This document shows, in pieces, positions 11,091 through 21,956 of a DNA stretch of 64,000 nucleotides; the first letter of the stretch is position 1, and each line of letters starts with the position of its first letter. Both the position numbers and the translations under genes were made by a program. This stretch comes from Mantamonas sphyraenae STR306 (lineage: Eukaryota; Protista; CRuMs), in NCBI GenBank assembly GCA_026936335.1, contig JAPMXV010000049.1, forward strand, positions 372,001-436,000. The letters are read 5' to 3'. Under the pieces are notes generated by a model, which was not told the DNA's origin, did no database searches, and saw nothing but the letters and a program-made list of their open reading frames with translations.

Positions 11091-13593
11091 TCATCCCTGC
11101 AACGCCTTGCAAATGCGCTCCACATCATCCTTGCCCTCCTCCGCTGCGTCCAAAGCGGCCACTGCGGTTGCCGTCTCCATAGACACCCTCCTGATGTCAA
11201 GGCGAGCCTGTGTGTGTGTGTGTGTGTGTGTGTGTTGCACGTGTCAATGAACACCTCTCTCTCTCTCCCCTCACTCTCTGTCATGTGTGTCCACGTACCA
11301 CGCTGAAGAGTGCCCGCGTGACATCCACACGCGCCTGTACATCCAGTGCGTCTTGCTGCTGTGCCAACAGTCGCACAAGGCCATCGACTCCGTCTGCAGT
11401 GGCCGCTGCAGGCTGCTCCAGACACATGGTGTGGAGCAGGGCAGCCATGGTGGATGCAGTGGTGGGCTGTGCTTGCAACACTGCAGGCAGGCTGTCCAGC
11501 AGTGCTTGTGTGGTCTCTGCGCTCACATGCGCTGCCAAACAGCTGTATGCGTTGCACCACGCGCGCAGACTCATCACAGCCACGGCCTTGCGCACGTTTG
11601 CGTCGAGCAAGGCCAGGGTGTCATCCAGCAGTGCCACCATGGCTGCTGCATGTCTGCGCACCACGCCCGAGTCCAGCACAGCCATGCGTGTGACGTCCAG
11701 CGCAGGCAGCAAACGCTTCGGTGTCTCCTTCCATGCTTGCAACACAGCCGCGAGCGCCTCCAGATGCGCTTGAGTCACTGCCCCTCGTTGTCCGGGGTCC
11801 AAACTGTGGCACAGATCGCACACGTCATCCAGAGTCTTGAGACTCACGCCCAGGCCCTCCTCGTCGCCCATCCCTGCCAGGATGCTCAGCACTTTTGCAA
11901 ACTGTTCCTTCTTCATCACGAAACGACGCGCCACGTCTGCCGAGCTCTTGGGAAGATCCAATCCTGATGAAGAGGATGATGAAGAGGATGATGAAGAGGA
12001 TGATGAAGAGGATGATGCAGATGAGGAGGAGGAGGAGGAGGAGGAGGAGGAGGAGGAGCCTGCGCCACCGCCGTCTTCGCCACGCTGTTTGACCCAGTCG
12101 GCAGATCCCGACTGCCTCCCCTTTTGCTCCTCGTCTTTGAGCTCACGTTCGGGGCCCTTGCCCTGGAGGGTGGCAGCAAGCACCTTGGATTCGAGTGCAC
12201 GACGTTCGACAAGCATGGCCTGGCGCTCGGGTGATTGACGGGACCGGAGCATGGAATCGACACGGCCCATGAATTGGGCCAGCCACTCTTCGCTGACAAG
12301 CGTGCGTCTGCTCTTTACCTCGGTCCACTTTTGTGTGTAGCGCAGTGTGGCATCGAGGCACTCGTCGATGGAGGTGGCGACGATGTAGTTCAACTTTTTG
12401 CCCCAGCCGCTTTCGTACATGTGCGGTGAGTCGTAGGCATTCTCGCACGGGTCCGTGTGCACAAATGTGTTCTGTTCCTCGCACCACACCTCCACCCACA
12501 CGTGATCCGTCCAATCGTTGACCAGTCGTGCCTCCACCCCAAATGAACGCACCAGCAGCATGAAGCAATTCGCCCACTCGCCACACCGGCCCCTTCGTGT
12601 CTCCAACAGTTTGCCCGGATGGTTGTACCGCGGGAATCGCGTGTGGTTGCCACACGCATTGCACTGGTACAGTTCCACTCGGCCAGCACCAAAGTACAAT
12701 TCCTCCTGGAAGGGTTGCGTCATGCCCAACAGCGTCGTGTCTTTGCCACACGTGTCACACGGCGGCTGATTGACCCATGTGAAGAATTCCTCTTTGAACC
12801 AGCGCAACAGCTGCCTCATGAACGCGTCCTGTGGGTACTTGAGACCCTCATCACCCCCTCCCTCCGCCGCCGCCGCCGCCGCCTTGTCCTGCAACACCTT
12901 GACTGGCACCACCGCACGTGCCTGTGCCTGCAACGACGAGTCTTCGTACTGTGCCACCTGCTGAAGGGCACCAGACACACGCTGGCTGAACGCTTCCTGT
13001 TCCTGAGTGGTCACCTGTGCACTGGCCCCCTGCTGCGCACGTGCCTGCTCAATTTGATTGCGAATGGCCTCTGCGCGTGCCTCACTCATCATTTGTTGTT
13101 GCATCTCGCCAGCCTTTTGCATCATGGCCACTGTGCCCTCCACGGTGGCCTCGTCCGCCAGCCGCGATTCCGTCTCAAACGCTTCCGCCTGCCATTGGCA
13201 CTGTGTGTCGGCCATCACACATTGGCACGCGTACGCCTGGTTGCTGACGGCGGCCACAGCGCGTCCTTGGCAGCACTGTGAAGCGCAGGCGAGGCACAGG
13301 GCTGCCCCCCCGAGGGCAAACACAGGCTGGGTCAACGCACGCTCGCCAAACAGCGCACGCGTGCACACCGATTGCCACTCGGCCACAAGAATCACATGCA
13401 AGGTGCTCCCCTCCTCTACACCCAGGTCGTCCATGTCCTGCGTGTCCTCCGCTTCGGGAAACTCGGCAAAGCGCACCGCCGTTCCTGCGTCGCCCGTCAG
13501 CGAAAAGACCAGCATTTTCAACTCCTCCAGCGTGGTTTCATCCTCCACCTCCAGCGTGTGGCTGTCCTTGCGAACAATCACCGAGATGTGCAT
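11091..13593 (-). CDS. NGLY1: Peptide:N-glycanase (PNGase/NGLY1) with N-terminal ubiquitin-like and UBR-box-like domains and a C-terminal PUL-like domain
   Basis: Core 'LLRWFKEEFFTWVNQPPCDTC...RVELYQCNAC...RFPRYNHPGKLLETRRGRCGEWANCF...DWTDHVWVEVW...DPCE'. Intron 11208-11298 (GTACGT...CACAG) gives a last exon ending ...ICKALQG-TGA. Confidence 0.93.
11209..11234. repeat. (TG/CA)n microsatellite at the intron 3' end
   Basis: (TG)13 abutting the PNGase acceptor. Similar tracts occur at ~13604, 15230, 26714, 52289 and 59974. Confidence 0.95.
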
Positions 13594-13666
13594 CCCTTGG
13601 GTATGTGTGTGTGTGTGTGTGTGTGGTGTGGTGAAATGCGATTTGTTGGTTGGATCGGGTGTTGTC

Positions 13667-15142
13667 TCACCGGCACATCCATGCCACCACACGATCCATC
13701 ACCTCGTCTGGGAGGGTCCACCAATTGGCAGTGGCGCTGTATGCAGTGTGGTCGCCCACGTCAAACAGCACATTGCGTTCTTCCGAGTTCATCAGCAGGG
13801 CAGTCTCCAGGGCTTCGTCCAGAGCGGCCGGCCACATCCAATGCCACGGCTTGCGCCATCCGGCTTCGAGCGCCACGTCCATGGCACATGTGACGCCCCA
13901 CTTCCCAGTGACAAAGAATGGGTTCGCGTGGTGAGTGTGGAGGAGGGTGACCATGGCGTCATCGCCGTTGCGGATGGCACGCTCCAGCGGCGTCATGTCC
14001 CCATTGCAATCCACATGAACTCCCCATTGCAGCCATTGTCGCACAGAGTCGACGTGGCCTTCCTCTACGGCAGCGTGCATTTGCCGCGCTGCTTCTGCGT
14101 TGTGTGTGGTGCATGGCAGCTCATGCGGGCCCCACGCTTTCACTTTGGTGACACCTCGATTGGTTTCCACAGCCTTCCAGAGTTCATCTGCGACCAAGTG
14201 GTCGTCGATGTGCAGTGCCACGCTTTGCAGGCCTCGGTTCTCTGCCAGGCCGTGCACCAGTTGCAGCGATCCCTCTTTGCCAATGGGCTCGTTGGTCCCG
14301 CGAACTGTGAGATGGGAAAGAGTGTGATTCACAGCCATCATTTCCGCCAGGGCAAGGATGCCTTGGTCCTCGATCTGGCAACGGAGCACCAGCCTCTGCA
14401 GCGTCTGGTTGCATTGGAGCCCGTTGGCAATCGCAGCAATGGCCTTGTCGCCCACTTCACGTGCATCCAGGTGGAGAGTGAGCAGGGATGTGTTGCCAGC
14501 CAGCATGCGAGCAAATCGATCGCAATCGTCCGCGTCGGCGGAGTTGCCGTACAAAAAGAGCACCTGAAGGGTTGTGTTGGACTCCAAACCGGTGGCCACC
14601 GACCCGATGCCATGTACCTGGTTGTCACCTGGGTTGAGTAAGCGCAGTGTGGTGTTGACAGCCAGCATGGCACCCAGAGCGTCCATGCCCCGGTTGCCAA
14701 AGCCACAGGACTGGCATCCAAACGACGTGACACACACATTGGCTTCCAGGCCCTTGGCAATGGCTACCATGCCCTCATCGCCCACCCCTTGGTTCTCTGC
14801 GAGGTGGAGCGAGCGCAAGCAAGGCGGGCAGTTGGCTGCCAGCATCGAACCCAACGCTTTCGCCCCGTCCACGCCCATGTCTGCGGCACCCAACTCCAAC
14901 ACCTGAATGGACTGGTTCAACATGCACGCGTCAAACAGGTGGCACAGGATTTCGTTGCCAAAGTACCCTCGTTCCAGGATGGCAATGGAGTTTTTGGCCA
15001 GCTCTTCCACCAGCTCCTCGCGACTGCCCTCGTTCACCGCGATGAACAGTGCAAGCACCTGAGTTCTGTCAGGAACGATATCATCGTCGACTTGGGACCA
15101 AGGATAGCCGCTGGGGTCGGGTGGGGTGGGTCCAGTCAGCAT
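13667..15142 (-). CDS. RI-type leucine-rich-repeat protein with ankyrin repeats and a C-terminal F-box/SOCS-like module (family member A)
   Basis: ~28-aa LRRs ('NTTLQVLFLYGN'), ankyrin 'GDMTPLERAIRNGDDAMVTLL', tail 'WWTLPDEVMDRVVAWM'. Confidence 0.85.
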   Translation of the reverse strand: MLTGPTPPDPSGYPWSQVDDDIVPDRTQVLALFIAVNEGSREELVEELAKNSIAILERGYFGNEILCHLFDACMLNQSIQVLELGAADMGVDGAKALGSMLAANCPPCLRSLHLAENQGVGDEGMVAIAKGLEANVCVTSFGCQSCGFGNRGMDALGAMLAVNTTLRLLNPGDNQVHGIGSVATGLESNTTLQVLFLYGNSADADDCDRFARMLAGNTSLLTLHLDAREVGDKAIAAIANGLQCNQTLQRLVLRCQIEDQGILALAEMMAVNHTLSHLTVRGTNEPIGKEGSLQLVHGLAENRGLQSVALHIDDHLVADELWKAVETNRGVTKVKAWGPHELPCTTHNAEAARQMHAAVEEGHVDSVRQWLQWGVHVDCNGDMTPLERAIRNGDDAMVTLLHTHHANPFFVTGKWGVTCAMDVALEAGWRKPWHWMWPAALDEALETALLMNSEERNVLFDVGDHTAYSATANWWTLPDEVMDRVVAWMCR

Positions 15143-15367
15143 GATGGGAGGATGAGGATGAAATGACGAGAGATCTTCGGATCGGGAGCCAACTCACGAC
15201 CATGAGAACAGGTGCAGCTTGGCTTCCATTGTGTGTGTGTGTGTACGTGTGTGTGTGTGTGTGTGTGTGTATGTGATGCTGGGGTGGTGGTGGTTCGCCA
15301 CTGCGTGCCTGCACAATCGGTTTGTTTGGGGGGGGCGCGGGCGACTCCAACACCGACGGAGGACGAC

Positions 15368-17658
15368 ATGGCGCAGCAGGCGGGGATGGACGAGCGAGCC
15401 AAGCTCATCCTGCTGAAGCGGGAGTATCTGAAACTGAAGCAGGAAAACACACAGCTGGAGGATGCATTAAAGGCAGCAAACGAGGAACGGGACGCCCAGG
15501 GGAGCGAGTTGCGTGGACGCGTGGCGGAGCTGGAGACGGAGAACGGCCAGCTTCGAGCGCAGCTGGAGGCAGCAGAGGCGGCAACGGCAGCCGCACGTCA
15601 AGCACAACAGGAGGCAGAACACACAGCCAGCCAGGGGGCGGCGCAGGAAGACCACAGTGCAGAGGTGGAGGCGATGCAGGCTGCGCACGCCAAGCAGCTG
15701 GCCGAGTACCAGACTGCCCTAAACTCGCTTCAGCAGTCCAACAAGGACCTGGAAGCCAAGAAGACGGCCATGAGCATGGAGCTGTCCTCCCTTCGCATCC
15801 AATACGACGGATTGCTGAAGAGCACCAGTCAGAGCATGATTGACAAGGAAGGTGCGTGCTGTGTGTGTGCACCGACCGTTTGCCATTCCCTCCCCTCCCG
15901 GCAGCCACAAGGCCACGGGTGTGCATTGAATCCACACTCACACACTCACACACCATCCACCCCCACCCACACCCACCACACACACGCGCACAGACCTTGA
16001 ACGCAGCCAGAACGAGATGCAGAAGCGTCTGGCTGTCCTGCAGAACGACAGGAACCACCTCAGCACGGAGATTCAACAGGTACGCTTGCCTCGCACTCGC
16101 CATGCACTCGTCCCCCCCCCCACCCAACCCAGTGTGACGTCGTCCACACGTCACCACTCCCTCCCTCCCGCGTGCCCGTAGGATGTGACACTGACACATG
16201 TGAGCCGTCGTCTGTACAGCTGCGCTTGAACTACGAACGAAGCGAATCGCTCCGGATGCAGCTCCGCACGCAGCTGGAGACGGTGACGTTGCACAACGCA
16301 CGTTTCTTTGAGCTCTTCCAATCCTCACCCACCAACGTCATCTACCGCAAGATGTTCAAGTTGCGCGACCAGACTGAGTTTGTGGTGGAGCGTATGTTGT
16401 TTGCCGATGATGATGATGACGAGTGTGCTTTTTACGTGAGAGGGGAAGGCCTACAGTGTGCTGACCATGACCATGACCACCACCAACACCATTGCCTACC
16501 ACAGAATTCTCATGCACAATGGAGGTGGGCAAGACGTCGTACCAGGGACGTCTGACGCTGTCGCAGCGGTACATTGCGTTTCTGGGTCGGCGGAAGAAGG
16601 AGGACATGAAGCAACTGATCAAGTATGAAGACGTGCTGCGGATCAACAAGAAAGAGGCAACGTCGATGTTCAGCACGCCGTTCATTGAGATCTCGACGGC
16701 GGACAACGTGTTTATCTTTTCCAACTTTAGCATCCTCACACAGGCGTACACAATGCTGACTCGCATCTGGAGCTATGCCAACGAGGACCAAGATGCACTG
16801 TTTGGCATGATGGTACAGGAGATGTCAGCCACAAACAGTGAGTACAGGAGTGGGGACGTGGGCAGCAGCAGTAGCAGCAACTCGCTGGCCAGCGACGGAA
16901 GCAGCGATGGAGGAGCGGGAGACTCGGATGCGATGGCCATGTCCTCGGCGTACACAAGCATGCCCTTGGACAGGGTGACGGGAAGCGAGTTTCGCAGTGT
17001 GCGCATGCCACGTGCTGGCAGCGCGAAGCACGGACGCAACGGGAGTGTGCCACGTGGAAGTGTGTCCACACGCGTGGGTGGCTCGTCCGCATACACCAGT
17101 CTGGCAAACGAGCAGGAAACAAGCTCGGTGTTGCAGGATCCGTCGTTGCAAACCAACTTTAGCTTCCGTGCCAAACGCAGTGCAGGAAGGAACATCCAGG
17201 GGGGCAGAGGCAACAGCAACAACAACAGCAACAACAACCAGGGAGGCGGCCGCGGCGGCGATGAGGATTGGGAGTCGGCGGAGGATGACGATGTGGGTGC
17301 CAGTTCGTTCAGCTCGCACGAAGAGGCAGGTGCGACGCTGTTGCGTTTGTTCAAATTGCCGCAGAGCGAGCAGCTTGTGGATGTGTTTACCCTCAACGAT
17401 GGCCAGCTGTACATCAGCACGCACTATCTGTGTCTGCGCTTCAGCAACGGCGACAAACAGATTGTCGCGTTTTCGTCCGTCAACAAAATGTTCAAAAAGG
17501 ACTCAAGCTGCGTGGAGTTTGAGCTGCTGCCGGAGATTGAAGGCGGCGAAATCGACGCCCTCGTCATCGACTTTGGCGACAGTCGCGACGAATGCTACCA
17601 AATCATCAACCGACAGCGTGAGTTTAGCCGCTACGACATGGTGATTCCACGCAAGTGA
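15368..17658 (+). CDS. Coiled-coil plus two GRAM (PH-like) domain protein, 4 exons
   Basis: GRAM motifs 'FKLRDQTEFVVE..FSC...YQGRLTLSQRYIAF' and 'LFKLPQSEQLVDVF...GQLYISTHYLCL'. Introns at ~15852-15993, ~16080-16219 and ~16436-16504. Confidence 0.75.
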
Positions 17659-17705
17659 CGCGGGGGGGGGAGTGAGGGCGAAGAAACGAGATCCAACCCA
17701 ACGCA

Positions 17706-20006
17706 ATGAGTGTGGTGTGTGTGCTGCACAACGATGCCAACGAAGAGGTGGACTCGTTGTTGGTGCATTCGTTGCAACGGCAGTTTGCACAGGTGCTTGT
17801 GTTTGGGTCGCCGGCGTCGCTGGTGAAGCATCTCTTGCAACTGGTGGCGGAAGAGGGCAAAGGCGGGTGGGAGGAGGATGGCCTGCCGTGTGTGATGGCT
17901 GTGGATGACATGGAAGTAAACACGGCGTTGTGGGAGCTGATGGCACAAAAGCCGCAGCTGGAGGAGGTTCCGTTTGTGTGTGGCAACGGCAAGGGTGGCG
18001 CCACGGGACTGGCCGCCCTGAACACGCTGGTCAAGAGCACGGCGTGGCAACAGATGCGCAACGTGGACCGCGAATACACGCAGTTGAAGCAAACGGGGGC
18101 CAAGTTGCAACAGGAGGTCAACAGGCTGCGTGCGCAGCTGAAACGGGAGCGGGAGGAGCAGGCGCTGGTCATCAAGTCGCTGGAGATCAAATACCATCGC
18201 ATGGATCGCTCACCCATCCTCAGCAGCAGCAACATCAGCAACAAGAGCAGCACAAGTGCAGGTGTGGGCCTGGTCCAGCGAGTGATGGGGGACAGGCAGG
18301 AGCAGGAGCAGGAGCGAGAGGAACAGTTTGGCATCACCGAGGGCCGCTTCCAGGAGATGTACCGACACCTGTGTGGAGACCACCAATCGCTGAAGGAGCG
18401 GATGGAGGCAATGGAGATGCTGCTGATGGAAAAGAACAGAGAGATTGGGTTCCTGCAGGAGGAGATGGAATTGGAGCGGCGGGCGTTGGCGCAGGAGGTG
18501 GTGGACGTGCGTGCTGCACACGCACAGGACATTTCGTTGCTGGAGGCGCAGCACGAACATGACATGGACGCACTGGTGGGCAAGCTGGAGGAGGAGGAGC
18601 GTGCACGTGCGGCACAGGCGGAGGAGAAGAAGGCAGAGGTGCAGATGGTGACGCTGGAGGCAAAGGCACAGGAAGGGGACAAGGTGAGGGAGCAGTTGGA
18701 AGTGAGCGAACGCAGGCGCAAGGCGGCGGTTGCCAAACTGAAAAAGGTGCAGGCGGAGAACGTCACGCTGAGCAAGAAGAACGAGAAGCAGCGGGTGCGG
18801 ATTGCCTCGTTGACGCAACAGCAGGACAAGATCAAGGAGGAGTTGGAAGCCAGGGAAAAGGAGATGAACGAACGGGAGCAGGATTTGCAACACAAGCTGC
18901 GCACGTGGCGGATGGTGGCAGGCGGCCTGCAACGACGCAGCTCCACGTCGTCGTCCGTCATCAGCAGCCTCGGGGCAACCGATCAGTTTGCAGCGGCAGC
19001 GGCAGCGGCGGCGTTGCGTGCGTATGAAGAAGAGGAGATGAAGAGGACGGGCAAGATGCCCGTGTCAGCACGCACCGCCACATCGTCATCGGGTTCGTTG
19101 ACACAGCGATCGCAGCGGAGCACGACCGAGGAGGAAGCAGACACACAGAGAGCACAGGAAGCACAGGGAACACAGGGAGGAGCGGCGATCAGAAAGAGCC
19201 GAAGTGGTGGAGGAAACAACAGGCGTGGAATGTCGGTGCCACCCACGGTGACGGAGGAGAGCACGCGGCTGTTGGAGGAGAGGCGGGCAGAGAAGGAGCG
19301 ACTGGAAAGGCTGAGCCGGCCTACAGTGGCACGTGCAGCAAAACTGGCGACATCCAAGGGACGTCATGGGGATGGGGATGCAGGGGACGGCGAACGGGAG
19401 GAGAGGGTGGGCAAGGCAAAGGATGTGGGCTCGGTGAAGCCCGAAGGTGGCAAGAAGGTGGATTCGGCGGTGTTTGACAGACTGTTGAAGACGAAAACAG
19501 AGAGTGGGAAGGCGAGGGAGGCGGAGCGGGTGGCAGAGAAGGAGGCGAGGGAAGAGGCGGAGCGGAGGGCGAAAGAAGAGAAGCAGAAACAGAAACGAGC
19601 AGATGAGCTGCGGATGAAAGAGATGTTGGCCAGGAAGCAGAGGGCTGTGGAGGAGGAGGAAGCGCAGGAGGTGGAGAGGAGGAGTAGGAAGGAGGAGGCT
19701 GTGGAGGAGGAGGAGGACGGGAAGGAGGAGGAGGAAGCGCAGGAGGAGAGGAAGGAGGAGATCCAGGTTGCTGTGGAAGAGATGAAGCAAGAGGAAGCGG
19801 ATGAAACGGCGTCGGTGGCGTCCTCTGCTGCAACAACGACGCCGAGAGAGGAGAGCGGGGAGAGCGGGGAGAGCGGGGAAAGGGCGGATGAAGATGACGA
19901 AGAAGAGGGACGGAAACGGAAAAAGGTGAAAAAGAAGAGGAAGAAGAAGAAGAAGGCCAAGAAGGAGGGTGAGGAGGGTGAGGAGGGTGAGGAGGGTGAG
20001 CAGTGA
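17706..20006 (+). CDS. Uncharacterised long coiled-coil protein with an E/K/R-rich tail and a basic NLS-like end
   Basis: 766-aa ORF with heptad-rich sequence and a 'RKRKKVKKKRKKKKKAKK' tail. Confidence 0.7.
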   Translation: MSVVCVLHNDANEEVDSLLVHSLQRQFAQVLVFGSPASLVKHLLQLVAEEGKGGWEEDGLPCVMAVDDMEVNTALWELMAQKPQLEEVPFVCGNGKGGATGLAALNTLVKSTAWQQMRNVDREYTQLKQTGAKLQQEVNRLRAQLKREREEQALVIKSLEIKYHRMDRSPILSSSNISNKSSTSAGVGLVQRVMGDRQEQEQEREEQFGITEGRFQEMYRHLCGDHQSLKERMEAMEMLLMEKNREIGFLQEEMELERRALAQEVVDVRAAHAQDISLLEAQHEHDMDALVGKLEEEERARAAQAEEKKAEVQMVTLEAKAQEGDKVREQLEVSERRRKAAVAKLKKVQAENVTLSKKNEKQRVRIASLTQQQDKIKEELEAREKEMNEREQDLQHKLRTWRMVAGGLQRRSSTSSSVISSLGATDQFAAAAAAAALRAYEEEEMKRTGKMPVSARTATSSSGSLTQRSQRSTTEEEADTQRAQEAQGTQGGAAIRKSRSGGGNNRRGMSVPPTVTEESTRLLEERRAEKERLERLSRPTVARAAKLATSKGRHGDGDAGDGEREERVGKAKDVGSVKPEGGKKVDSAVFDRLLKTKTESGKAREAERVAEKEAREEAERRAKEEKQKQKRADELRMKEMLARKQRAVEEEEAQEVERRSRKEEAVEEEEDGKEEEEAQEERKEEIQVAVEEMKQEEADETASVASSAATTTPREESGESGESGERADEDDEEEGRKRKKVKKKRKKKKKAKKEGEEGEEGEEGEQ

Positions 20007-20031
20007 ATGGCGTTCGACAACACAAACAAAC

Positions 20032-21927
20032 ATGGACGACTTTGAGGATGACATCATCGACGACGATGTCGACTGGGCAGAGTTGCTGTTGAATGGGGAT
20101 CACACGGAAGTGTGCGCCGCGTTGGACGCAATTGGACCTGTGAGTTGTGTGAAAATGTGCGACTCTCCTTCCACACGGCCGCACGCTGACCACAGAGGCA
20201 TCCTGCAGGAACTCAACCTGTGGTCACAGAGAGTGGGAGACAAAGGAGCGGCTGCTTTGGCAGGCGCACTGAAGGAGTCCAGCAGCGTGCGGATGTTGGG
20301 CCTCTTTGGAAACGGGATGGGTGGCAAAGGCATTGCTGAGCTCGGCAGTGCCCTGAGTGCAAGCAGCAGCCTGCAAACCTTGCTCATTTGGGAAAACACG
20401 ATTGGAGATGAGGGAGCCATTGGTTTGGGACAGGGTCTGAGCACGAATGTGGGGCTGGTGGAGTTGAATCTGGGCCACGCGGAGGTCGGCCCCAAAGGAG
20501 CTGTTGCCATTGCGGAGGGGCTGAAGAAGCAGCGGAAGTTGCAGAAACTTGTGATTGACGGCACCGGCGTGGAGGATGTGGGTGCATGTGCGCTGGCAGG
20601 CGTGATTGGTGGAGGGCTGCGGCATTTTGCACTGACCGACGACACGGTGGGACGACAGGGTGGAGTGGCAATTGCAAACGCTCTGATTGGAGACAGTCAC
20701 TTGCAGTGGTTGTGGCTGAGCAGCAACGAGATCGATGCTGTGGCGGGGGTCGCATTGGCAACGGCGTTGGCCGGGAACCACACCCTGACGGAGCTCAATC
20801 TTGACCGGAACAGCGTGGGTGCAGAGGGGGCTATGGCAATTGCAGACCTTCTGAGTAGAGGGTGCAGCCTGCAGTGGTTGAGTCTGCACGGCAATGCAAT
20901 CGGAGACAGAGGCGCCGCAGCTCTTGGCAGGGCGTTGCAGGAAGGAACCACACCCCTGGAATCGCTGCACGTGAGCAGCAACAGCATTGGGGCAGAAGGG
21001 ACAGCCGCACTTGCCGAGGGGGTTGCAGGAAATTCGACATTGCAGTTGTTGAATCTGGACGGCAACGAGGCGGGCCCCGAAGGAGCAAGTGCGTTGGGCA
21101 AGGCACTGCAGGCGAATGGGACGCTTCAGGTGCTGCAATTGGGAAGGAACAATGTGGGTGACGACGGGGCCGCTGGTTTGGCGGTGGGACTGAACGGGCT
21201 GTTGCGTCTGGACGTCGGGCGCAACAACATCGGAGCGGCAGGTGTGGAGGCCCTGGCTGCGGGTCTGTGCTCCAGCACAAGCATGCAGGAGTTGACCCTC
21301 TGGCATTGCGAGATCGGCGAGAAAGGTGCTGTTGCGTTGGCCCGAGTGTTGAGGACAAATCGAAGCCTCCAGGTGTTGGATCTGGGCAGTTGCAACGTGG
21401 GAGACGATGGTGGCGCTGTGTTGGCCGAAGCCATGCAGGAGAACCGTTCGGTTTGGTTCTTGGACGGGCTTCGGAACAGGGAGGCCAAGTCATTGGCAGA
21501 TGGCAACATGGACCTGGGCCAGGATTTCGTGGGTGCAGCGAGAAACGGGGATTTGGAGGAGATGAAGGCGCTGATGGAGTGGGGCGTGCCAGTGGACACG
21601 TTTGCAGGGAGGAGAGCCACTGCGTTGGAGGCTGCGGTGGAGAATGGGCAGGATGAGGTGGTGGATGCATTGAGGTGGTGGGGTGCAAGAGGGAGGATGG
21701 AGACAGTGATGATGGTGAGGGAAAAGGGGTGGAGGAGGGATTGGCACTGGATTGGGTGGGGAAAGCAGGTGGACGAGGCGATGGAGTTGGCAATTGTGAT
21801 GAATGGGACGGAACGAGAGGTGATGTTTGAGGCGGGGGGCATGGATGGGTATGTTCCAACTGGGCTGTGGTGCACGCTGCCAGATGAGGTGATGGAAAGG
21901 GTGTTGAGGTGGATGGGGGTGTTTTGA
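20032..21927 (+). CDS. RI-type LRR plus ankyrin plus F-box/SOCS-like module (family member B)
   Basis: Many 28-aa LRRs, ankyrin 'ATALEAAVENGQDEVVDAL', tail 'LWCTLPDEVMERVLRWM'. Probable in-frame intron 20140-20208. Confidence 0.87.
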   Translation: MDDFEDDIIDDDVDWAELLLNGDHTEVCAALDAIGPVSCVKMCDSPSTRPHADHRGILQELNLWSQRVGDKGAAALAGALKESSSVRMLGLFGNGMGGKGIAELGSALSASSSLQTLLIWENTIGDEGAIGLGQGLSTNVGLVELNLGHAEVGPKGAVAIAEGLKKQRKLQKLVIDGTGVEDVGACALAGVIGGGLRHFALTDDTVGRQGGVAIANALIGDSHLQWLWLSSNEIDAVAGVALATALAGNHTLTELNLDRNSVGAEGAMAIADLLSRGCSLQWLSLHGNAIGDRGAAALGRALQEGTTPLESLHVSSNSIGAEGTAALAEGVAGNSTLQLLNLDGNEAGPEGASALGKALQANGTLQVLQLGRNNVGDDGAAGLAVGLNGLLRLDVGRNNIGAAGVEALAAGLCSSTSMQELTLWHCEIGEKGAVALARVLRTNRSLQVLDLGSCNVGDDGGAVLAEAMQENRSVWFLDGLRNREAKSLADGNMDLGQDFVGAARNGDLEEMKALMEWGVPVDTFAGRRATALEAAVENGQDEVVDALRWWGARGRMETVMMVREKGWRRDWHWIGWGKQVDEAMELAIVMNGTEREVMFEAGGMDGYVPTGLWCTLPDEVMERVLRWMGVF

Positions 21928-21956
21928 GTGTGCGCGGGGGCAGCCAAGGAAAAGAG

